The notes beneath the pieces are model-generated. The model was not told the DNA's origin. It did not search any database and worked only from the letters and a program-made list of their open reading frames with translations. The position numbers were made by a program, and so were the translations under genes. This document shows positions 34,931 through 44,326 of a DNA stretch of 44,326 nt, in pieces; the stretch's first letter is position 1; every line of letters begins with the position of its first letter. Source of the DNA: Octopus bimaculoides. Lineage: Eukaryota. The DNA is taken from assembly GCF_001194135.2 (NCBI RefSeq), contig NC_068985.1:20874627-20918952 (forward strand), in the 5' to 3' direction.

Positions 34931-35590
34931 TCATCATCATCATCATCGTTTAACATCCGCTTTCCATGCTAGCATGGGTTGGACGATTTGACTGAGGACT
35001 GGTGAAACTAGATGGCTACACCAGGCTCCAATCTGATTTGGCAGAGTTTCTACAGCTGGATGCCCTTCCTAACGCCAACCACTCAGAGAGTGTAGTGGGT
35101 GCTTTTACGTGTCACCCGCACGAAGGCCAGTCAGGCAGTACTGGCAATAGCCACGCTCAAATGATGTATTTTATGTGCCACCTGCACAAGAGCCAGTCCA
35201 GGGGCACTGGCAACGATTTCGTTCGAAAATCCTTACACATGTCACGGGCACAAGTGCCAGAAAGGCAACGCTGGGCACAGGTGCCATCCTGATTTTGCTT
35301 TCGCTTGCCCCAATAAGTCTTCGCAAGCTGAATTTCATGTCCAATTAAGGAGACACAATGGATTTCCACACAGCTTCTGTCTACAGGATTCATTCACAAG
35401 GTTATTAGTCACCAGTTCAAGGCTATAATGGAAGAGGTTTGCCCAAATTGAGCCATTTAACCACATAGCCATACCTGCACCCATGTATAATTTAACTTTA
35501 ATAGAAGACATGCCCAAGATGCCACACAATGGAACTGAACTCAAGACCACATAATTGGGAAACAAGTTCTGAACCACACAGCCATACCTG
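34681..35590 (-). mobile_element. Old bipartite SINE split by a nested RTE-type insertion
   Basis: Tail half 34681-34900, (TA)n, insertion 34928-35344, head half ~35350-35590. Confidence 0.65.
34928..35344 (-). mobile_element. RTE-type 3' end, the longest copy in the window
   Basis: Same family as 15517-15780, extending ~130 bp further 5'. Confidence 0.88.
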
Positions 35591-36247
35591 TGTATATTAA
35601 TTTTATCAATAAATGTTTTGCTTAACATGTATACACAGAGTATGAAAGTGTTTGTACCATTAGTAATTATCAATTTTATTATCTTTGTCTCTAAACTGTA
35701 TATATCATAATCTGTTTGCATAAACCAGATTGGTTTCTAGAGCAGTGGTAAAAAAATATTCCTTTATCATATTGACAGGCCCTATAAGTTCAAATGATGC
35801 ATTAAAATTGAATTTAAATGCAGTTTAATACTTAACATGGATTATTAAGTGATGAGACTGTAGATTTTAATATGACTAAGCTTCTAGTCCTTATCACTGT
35901 TTTAGGATTTCAATTAGATGTTGCAGTCATCATAACAGTAGAACTTATAGTTTTAGGTTAAGCACTTTTTAAAGAAGTATTAATTCTCAACACCTGTAGT
36001 TTAAAAATTCAAAAACAAACTTGGTGATTAGATATGAATTTCCATTGCTTGGCCTTGCCTAGAACATCTTAAAACATTTCAGTGTATCACATGTCTAATT
36101 TCGCTTTTGGATTTGGTTTGCAAGATTCTTTATGTGAGTTCGTGTGCTGAAGCATATTCTGTTGTGTCTGGGGAGTCATTCTCTTTTGGTACTTTATAAT
36201 TTAACACACTCACCGGTAAAATTTCCACTTATTTCTTTTTTATTTTT

Positions 36248-36284
36248 CTAAAATTTTCGTTGCATCTTCCAACCTTTTCAATAG
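36248..36284 (-). ncRNA. Hammerhead-like motif with U3:A8 core variant (left arm)
   Basis: Minus strand CTA-TTGAAAA-g-GTTG gaagatg CAAC-GAA-AATT-T-TAG. Confidence 0.45.
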
Positions 36285-36390
36285 TTTTAACTCTATCTGT
36301 TACTCACACTGTATTCCTTTTTATTTGTTTATGCGCATAAACAAGCATAAATAAAAAAGAACACTGTGTGAGTAACTGACAGAGTCAAAA

Positions 36391-36427
36391 CTATTGAAAA
36401 GGTTGCAAGATGCAACAAAAATTTTAG
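36391..36427 (+). ncRNA. Hammerhead-like motif with U3:A8 core variant (right arm)
   Basis: CTA-TTGAAAA-g-GTTGC aagat GCAAC-aAA-AATT-T-TAG; G12 mutated to A, consistent with CpG decay. Confidence 0.4.
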
Positions 36428-36656
36428 AAAAATTAAAAAGAAATAAGTGGAAATTTTACCGGTGAGTGTGTTAAATTATAAGGCACCAAAACGAGAATGA
36501 CTCTCCCCAGACACAACAGAACATGTCTAATTGGAAATAGAAAAGATAAGGCATTCTCTAGTAAAGCTTAGAATTAGAAACAACTCGGATTGTAAGTTTG
36601 TCAATTGTTATACAGCAGTCTATTTGAACTCAGAATTTAATGACATTTACATAGTG

Positions 36657-36735
36657 TTTCATTTAAACTGCTTCCACATGAACTGCCTGAGAAAGCTATT
36701 GAAAATCACCTGGCAAGAGAAGGTCTTTCAGAATA
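36657..36735 (+). mobile_element. Short RTE-type ORF2 remnant
   Basis: FHLNCFHMNCLRKLLKITWQEKV resembles the FHxxCLRKxLxIxWQDK motif of the RTE C-terminal region. Confidence 0.6.
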
Positions 36736-37409
36736 TATGAACAAGATAGATCCAATTGGTGCATAACATTGAGGGTTTTTTTCTTTTTCACCTATTTTAA
36801 GGTGGTGAAGCATTACACATAACTCTTCTCAGCCCTCCCAGACTAACATGGTTTTGCAGTTGGTCTTCAGCTTAAAGTTTTCTAGACAATGTTTTAAAAT
36901 AAAATATATTAAAGTGTAGATGGTCTAGAGGGTTGTAGTTCAGGTGAGATTGAGTAATGCATTTAGCAGTGAGTGTAGAGGATAAGGTAAAGAGCAGAGG
37001 TTGTTAGAAGAGGAGAGGAAGGTGTATAGGGTGAGATATTTTTGTGAAAGTGGTATACAACTTGCTAGTACAGGGGTGTAGAAACTGTTGTAGTACAAGA
37101 GACAGAAAAGAAACACTATACAAGGGAATGAGAAGCAATATTTGTAAGGTTTTCAGGCCCTTCTTGACTGATGAGATTGACAGAGCTTATATCTGGGCTG
37201 AACATATATCCTGAAGGTAACCAAGGACCAGGCTGTAAAGTTAAATCGGGTACTATGTTAGGCCTACTTCCCAAGATAGAAGTTTCAGTGCTAAAACAAG
37301 TGACTGTCGGATGCTACCAATAGTGGTTATCTTACATTGTCTAGAATTAAAATAAATTGCTAAACCATAAATGTGTGTGTGTGTGTGTGTCTGTGTGTGT
37401 GTGTCTGTG

Positions 37410-37464
<55 letters not shown>

Positions 37465-38764
37465 TTATACGCATCCATATACTTTTGTGTGTGAATATTG
37501 ACATGGTGGCTATTTTCTGTTTCTGTAAATCAGATAAGAAAATAGATTAGTATTTTAGTAATGCTCTGATGTGTTGCCAATTGTGTCTTAAAAGTTTGAA
37601 CATGTAATTCTAGGGAGTTCTTTGGCTAGAAATGACTACCCCCACCTGCTTAGATGTTTAATAAGTATTTGTAAGTGTGTGTGTGTATGTTGTGTGTGGG
37701 AGTGGCTAAGTTAATAGTTTGTACCTGTTCATGGCATGTAGTTTCTTTTGTCTTAGTAGGATAAGCACAGTCCATAATTGCTTCGCGTAAAAATTTGTAA
37801 TAACTGCTATTTGTAAACTAATGTCATGCTTTCTATATTTTGGTTAAATGCGCTGGTTATTATCTTTGGGTGTTGTCTTTGTATTTTGCCATGTTTTATT
37901 TCATATATTTTGTTGAAGGGTATGTATGCTATGAAGTGTAGTTTTCTGGTGATGCTTCTGAATTATGTAGTAGCATATTGTTTCATGTGGCTGATGGCGT
38001 TGTACAAATTCTTGTATATGTTGTCTGCCACTGACCAGTGTATTATTTTCTGAGTAAGATCATACTAAGGCTTATTCCAACTTTCATGGCATTTCATAAC
38101 ATCTGCTTCTGTTAAATCAATCCAGTCTAGACATTATATTTGTCCATAGTAATATTTCAACTCAGCTCTGTAAGTGTTCTTGATGCTTACAACAATTTAT
38201 TTGATTTTATTTACTAATAGACAGATTGGGTAATCAAGATCAGAGTATTTTTGCTTTTGTCACAGAGCAATACTTGGGAATGGAGATGATGTATCAACCT
38301 TTTGACTCATGAAATAGACATTGAAACAACTTTTTTTACTGAGCTCTATTTGGGGTTCCTTTGTGTGTGTGTTTGAATTACTATAAAGCATAATAATCAG
38401 AGTCCTAAGCTAAGATATTTAACTGAAAAATAATTAATTTAATTTAACAATCCACAATAAACAATTTTAAACTTAGCCAAGCCTCAATAACCATAAAAAA
38501 ATTTGATATTTGATAAATCTCCTTTACACAAGTAGTTATGTATCTTTTAACCAACAAACTGTCAAACATAAATTCCAATCTCTATAGTTCCTTACATTAT
38601 ATCACTGTTCTGTGACAATGAGCACAGTGAATTGATAGCATATAACAGACTTAATTATTGGTAACCTATGAATTATATTGATTTTTCTTTTGATCTATTC
38701 CATTCCAAATTGCTAATGGTCTATTTCACTATATATTATTGATACAATATCTTTTATGAGTTGG

Positions 38765-39510
38765 ATTGGCATTAGCTGTTTGCATACTTTCTAGACATCC
38801 TTGCATTCAAGACCCATGTCTCATTACTATGCAGGAGTACGATTTGTATCAAAATAAAACAATGTACTCTTCACTCAAAGAGAACACTTCTCTTTCCACC
38901 AGTGGTAATAGTTCCCTGAATTTTTTTCCATGCATTCTTACTCTGACAACTATGTTTTTGGAACAAACATGTCTACTGATAATTAGATAATGAAAGCTAT
39001 CAACTACTTCTTGAAAGCCTGTTAAGCATATAAAAGAATTTATTTCATGTCTACATTTACTACTAACTACTTCTGTGTATCTACTAAATGTGAAGACTCC
39101 CTTTCCTGCCAGCATATCTGTGATCCTTTTACACTTCTTGTGCATTCACATTTTATACTAGATCCATTGTATGGAATTCTTATCTACTCCTTTTCTGCAT
39201 ATTGAGCAGTTCTTTCATAGCAGTAAGGTCCTGTCTTTTTTACTTATTCATTTTAAGACCCTGTTTTCCTACTAATTAATACTTTAGTCATTGCTCGATT
39301 TAGTTTGAAGCTCTTGATTCTAGGTTTGGAATTTCCTCAAACTTTTGACTGATTCAGCTATGAAACTTGAGTTATTGGCATAAAGTAGTTCTCTTAGGTT
39401 AGCAGTCTACAGTAAAGAGAAGCAAGCTAAGAACTGAACCCTGATATACACCATCCTGCATGTTATCTGCTTAAGTCGATGAGTGTCATAGTAGAGATGA
39501 TAAGCTCCTA
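38765..39510 (-). mobile_element. Decayed RTE LINE RT fragment, same family as 1-336
   Basis: Minus strand GVYQGSVLSLLLF (from 39452), ELLYANN (decayed YADD, 39382-39371), remnant of the C/H finger (HKKC), EVVDSFHYL and KKFRELLPL. Confidence 0.8.
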
Positions 39511-41009
39511 GTAAGCTAAGTTAACTTCACTTATTATGCAAATACTCTTTTATAAAACATGAACTTCATATTTCCCATTCCCCCACTCTCTCATTTCAAA
39601 AGGGCTTGTCACCTTTGATCACAAAAGGTTAAGTAATTTCTTCCATTTTTCCAATTGCTTAATTAAAAAAAAAAAAAACATATTTCACTTTTCAAAAGTA
39701 ATTTACTATATTGGTAAGGTTTCATACCTGTACATTTTAACTTGAAAGCTTAAGATTTTTAACACCTGCTAAATTGTGCTAACAGAAAAATGAAAGACAT
39801 TCATAAAGAGAACAAATGCAGTATATATTTGAAATGTCTGAGAAGCTAATAGAACCCATATTAGTCCTCATGAATTCTTGTTACTCTATTAATGGTTATA
39901 GTTGTGATGATAAATTACTCCAAAATTCACTTACAACTAAATATGCCTTGTTTATATTTTGAGGTTTCGTTTTTTTAACCTTTTATTTAAAAGTAATAAC
40001 TGTATTCAATCTTTTAACTTTCAGAAATTTAGAAATTACTTCTCTATTCAGCATGTTGGACAAAAGCTATAATAACAACATGCAAAGCTGTATAATACTA
40101 TTGTCTTTGTAACAATCACTAAGATCAGTTATTGTTTCTTATGCTAACAACAAAAGCATTGGACACTTTCATCATGAAAGCATCTTTGATATGTCTATGA
40201 TTTCAATATATTAAAGAGAAATGATACTATTATATTTTGAAAGTATTTTTGAATTTTGGGATTGAAGCTCTAACTAGCTATCTATAAAGGAGGTGATGTG
40301 CTTTGTGTCTTTATTTATTGATGTTAGTATCTGTTGATGCTATCCAGAAAAATATTTGCTTCTGTCAGGCATCCAAAGACTCAGTAAGCAGATAGGAATG
40401 AATACATGATGGACATGCTATCATCATCAACATTTTCATCATTAACATCAAGATAATGATGATGTATACTTTTATGAGTGGACAATAATCTTTCCTTTGA
40501 TCTTTGTTTCGTTACAGATTGTTCAAGCTTTAATAGCTTTTCCTTGTCTTTCTCTTGTTCTTTTCTTGTACTTTCTCCTCATACTTTTTCATTTATATTA
40601 TGCTTATAAATAAGCCATACATTAGTTCCATAATCTTTTCTTCTAGATTTTTCTTTTCAATTCTTCTTGCTGTCACCCCAGTGATTTAGATATAACTGGT
40701 TTATGTATTCTAAAATGTGATCTGAAATAATATTACTAAGTTGGTTTTAAAATGCACACTGATATTAAATTTTACTGAGTTTCTGTTAAAGTATTATTAT
40801 CTGCTATTATTATGGTTGTGCTATCAGATTTGAAAATGGAATTAAATCATTCAAATACAGATTGGAATTCTCTTTAATAATATTGATATTTCCATCCAAG
40901 AGAAGATTTTATCTAATAAGTATTTTCTCTAAATCAGTTTAATTTTAAATTATTATCATTTTGTAACCAATGACAGAATAGCTAAACCATCCAACAAAAT
41001 ACCTACCAG

Positions 41010-41170
41010 TATTTCTTTCGGCTCATTACATTCTAAATTCAGATTCTTCCAAGGTCAACTTTGCCTTTCATCCCTTCAGGGTTGAAAAAATAAGTTACCA
41101 GTCAAGCACTGGGGGTTGATGCCACTCCCCTCAGAACCGTTAGCTTTGAGCCAAAATTTGAAATCATTGT
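41010..41170 (+). mobile_element. 5'-truncated SINE (ggtggtgagctggcagaa family)
   Basis: ggtcaactttgcctttcatcccttcagggttg...accagtcaagcactggggg. Confidence 0.7.
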
Positions 41171-41249
41171 TGTTTTACCCCAAGTTTTAGCTACCTTCCA
41201 CATCCTTCCTAAGGTATATTAATGATCTTTTTTTGCTGATACTTCTATC

Positions 41250-42350
41250 CTCACCTCACCGATGCAGGTGATATCATCCTTCCCTCCTTAACTTTCTATA
41301 TTTTCACATCATCCAGATGCAAACAAACATCTCATGCTGGTCCACATGGCTTCCATGAAGAGAAACCATAGCATGTCCTCTAACAGAAATATGACAACCT
41401 GGTCTCCATTATCAATGCCAAGAAACAATCATTGCAATATCAAGAAAACAATCTTGTGTTTCACCCACCTTACTTAAGAAACAATAGACTTCTACAAATT
41501 TTAGTTCTTACAATATTTAATCATCTCTCAAGATTTAATCGAGATAACATTACCAAAAACACACCTGAAAGACTAGGTTTTCTTTCATGATCCTCCAAAA
41601 TTCTTTAAATCTGATCACTTTCTCTTTCTGTACAAAAGCTCATATGTAATCAATATTAGAACACAAACATGGATTGGTGAGGATTGTATACATTTGAAAT
41701 ACTTGACAATATCCAGAAGAATGTTTTTCAACTCATTAATAAAGATTCTCTCACAAGCCAGAACAGAGTGGAGGGAGTAGTTGGGGGCTGTGATTTTGAT
41801 AGCTTTACTCTTCCATGCTAATGGTAAAGAAGAACACTTTGATTAAGAATTACAATTTTTATTAATAGTTTATTTTATTCTGTTCTTGTACTTTCAAGTA
41901 CATCATGTATACTACATGCATCTGTAACTCACACATAAATCATTTAACACTAATCACTAAATACATAAAAAGTAGTTTAAAATGTGGCCTACATTTCATA
42001 TCTGACCTGGGACTATTACCATCTTTGCACAACCTTGCTTACTCATCAGTGTTCTACAATTACTGCCCACTATGTGCTGTTCTGGCTTTTTGACTACTAC
42101 AACAATGACTTTTCTTTGTGTATACCTTCACTAATTCCACCCAACCTTTTCTCATCATCCTTACTGTATTTTGTTCATCAGTTAAACACCTCACCCATTC
42201 ATAGCTTCACAGAGCAGCAACCATCTTTCTATTTATGTATTTCTAGCACATCAGAAATTCACCAGAAGTTCAAACAAAATATTATTCATATCTATCTCAT
42301 TAGCCTGACAAGACCTACAAGGATTATCAGTAGCACTGACTAACTCTTTT
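41250..42350 (+). mobile_element. Very old CR1/Jockey-like LINE 3' remnant
   Basis: Weak motif traces (KNTPERLGFL, LYK, FDYYNNDFSLCIPSLIPP); a similar remnant may lie at ~36780-37260 on the minus strand. Confidence 0.35.
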
Positions 42351-43638
42351 TTCTAACAAATAAAAGATAGGAACTATTGAATCGTTTTTCTTTTTATATA
42401 CTCAAACATTTGTCTCTATTCTAGCAAAGATTATTAGCAATGAAAAGCTGAACACAGCTCTTTGCTGATTGCTTAATATCTATTTTCTCCTCTCCAGATC
42501 TCATCCCCTATAATATGGCTGAGGGAAAGTACTACAGTTTATGAATGTTAATTGATGTAGCAATGTCAACCCACTATTAATTAATTTGAATTACTCTTTC
42601 AGCTGTCTATTTCATACCTGTAGAAATGTTTGGCATTAAAACAGATCCATGTGGCTTAGAGTGCAAACAAGAGAGAGATGCCTAGATAGCTGCATACATG
42701 TAACATTGATATCAGCAATATAGTTGCATGTTTTATAATGCTAATATCAAGATATTTGTACATGTTCTATATTGACAGCAAGATAGTCGTGTTACCATCA
42801 ATAGCACTAGGAACTGATATAGTTCCATAAGTTAGTTTAACATTTCATCCTTCTAAGATCAATAAAATCATTATCAAACATGTCTACAGAATTATGGTAA
42901 ATCTCTAGCTGAAATTATCAACTCATGCTATGTTTCATGTAGAAGTCTCAGGTTATTCAGTTTCAAGCTTGAATCTAACTAGAACAGTGTTTGAATGTTA
43001 CAGCTGTAATAAAATTCCTACCGGAATCATTGATAAACTCCAGTTCTATGAACCAAACACAGCCTGGAATAAAACAGAAAATTCTTAGGATTAGGAACTA
43101 GGTAATTTTGTTTTTACAAAAAGAAAATTGAATCAGCAAGTGTTGGCATTAATTTTGTCAACATCAGAATGAAAAAAAATGAAATTAAATCTAGAGTAGA
43201 CCTGAGCTGTGAATAAATTTTCAGAATAGGTAGTAGGCATTAATAAAGGTCTTATGATGATGAGAAAATACGTAAAAGATATTTTGACGACCTTTGACAA
43301 AATAGTACTATATATCGTGTGTGTGAGTGTGTGTAGTTTAGAAAAGCCTAATCATTAATCTAGGAATTAGAATTCAAAAGAATGCTTTTTATAGGATGTA
43401 TTCATAATTTTCTTGCAAAATGCAGTTTTATTTCAGTTTTTATTAACAGGTGTCTTTATAGATTTGCAATATTTTCTCAATTTGTGTGTTACCAACACAT
43501 GTTTATTTAGAGAAGTTTAAACCCTGAGAAAGGTTTGTTTATAACCAGAATGAAAACTGCATTTTATAGGAAAATTATGAATAAATCTTTTCTGTGTGTA
43601 CATATNNNNNNNNNNNNNNNNNNNNNNNNNNNNNNNNN

Positions 43639-43672
<34 letters not shown>

Positions 43673-43899
43673 TATCATACATTTTCTCTTTCATTTATTG
43701 TCTGATTTTCTATGCTACTAAGCTTTGGAAGGGAACTGATTTAGAAATAGAAATTTATGGCCAGATGGTCTTCTTCTTGTCAACTCCCACCTATTTTTCA
43801 GATATGGGATTTTTCATTTGATAACCTCAATAATAAAATATAAAAATCACTATTGATTGTGCTCAAATCGTGACAGTCAAAATATTAACATCCACATAC

Positions 43900-44012
43900 A
43901 TCAACACACGTATGTACATACACACATATGTACATCATTATCATCATGTGTGTATATATATGTATGTATATATGTGTATATATATATGTATATATGTGTA
44001 TATATATATATG

Positions 44013-44059
<47 letters not shown>

Positions 44060-44062
44060 AGT
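43900..44062. repeat. Compound (TA)/(TG) microsatellite
   Basis: Directly visible. Confidence 0.9.
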
Positions 44063-44084
44063 ATATTGCCACTTAAGTGTGGCT

Positions 44085-44326
44085 GACCCCTAGGGGTGGA
44101 TGTTACTGTTGCTTTTAGCCCCAGGAGGACATCTCCTCCAGCTGGCTTATCGACACACGACTGTGTCCTGTTTGCCAAGGGAGTTATCCCTCTCACCTCG
44201 ACCAGCAGCACGAACGTATCCGGATTTCAGGGTTATTTCCCTTCGTCGGCGTTCGACAGCTGATGACCTTGGTGAGAGAGACAAATCTGGCAAACCTTAT
44301 ATCTTCTTTTCCAGTGACATTCTTCA
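44085..44326. mobile_element. CpG-rich, hairpin-rich repeat end of unknown family, cut by the window edge
   Basis: Abrupt GC/CpG rise; local palindromes acccctaggggt, ggagga-catc-tcctcc, ccagctgg and gacaca-cgac-tgtgtc. Confidence 0.45.

Larger units (their letters stand above)
36101..36520. mobile_element. 420-bp palindromic element with 12-bp TSD and hammerhead-like motifs in both arms
   Basis: Arms 36157-36334 and 36335-36521 are highly similar reverse complements with no spacer; acatgtctaatt occurs at 36089-36100 and 36521-36532. Confidence 0.9.

Noticed and set aside
42498-42545. Possible exon after ttttctcctctccag
   Set aside because: Good acceptor but no convincing donor or sustained open frame.

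Overview
AT-rich, gap-containing eukaryotic DNA dominated by microsatellites and transposable elements. The repeat families (tRNA-headed SINEs, RTE LINEs with (GAT)n tails, (TA)/(CA)/(AAT)n tracts) look like those of a coleoid cephalopod, most likely Octopus; this is an inference from recalled repeat families, not a database hit. Only one convincing host coding exon is visible (19906-20058, + strand, 153 nt, phase 0-0), so most of the window is probably intronic or intergenic. Recognisable TE remnants: RTE-clade LINE fragments (1-336 still open, carrying a PHD-like finger), Helitron, Tc1, HERO-like and R4/Dong-like RT fragments, a TA-flanked MITE and many SINEs. Most ORFs in the supplied track are microsatellite or gap artefacts. 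The most unusual signal is a set of small non-coding fold-back elements with outward-facing hammerhead-ribozyme-like (HHR) motifs. The first is a head-to-head dimer of a tRNA-Arg-like Pol III head + (AAT)n + minimal HHR, present twice with the same central junction (20.5-20.8 kb and 23.0-23.5 kb). The second is a 420-bp palindrome with a 12-bp target-site duplication whose two arms carry an HHR-like core with a compensated U3:A8 pair (36.1-36.5 kb). All ribozyme copies here are mutated or cut off by a gap, so activity is unproven.
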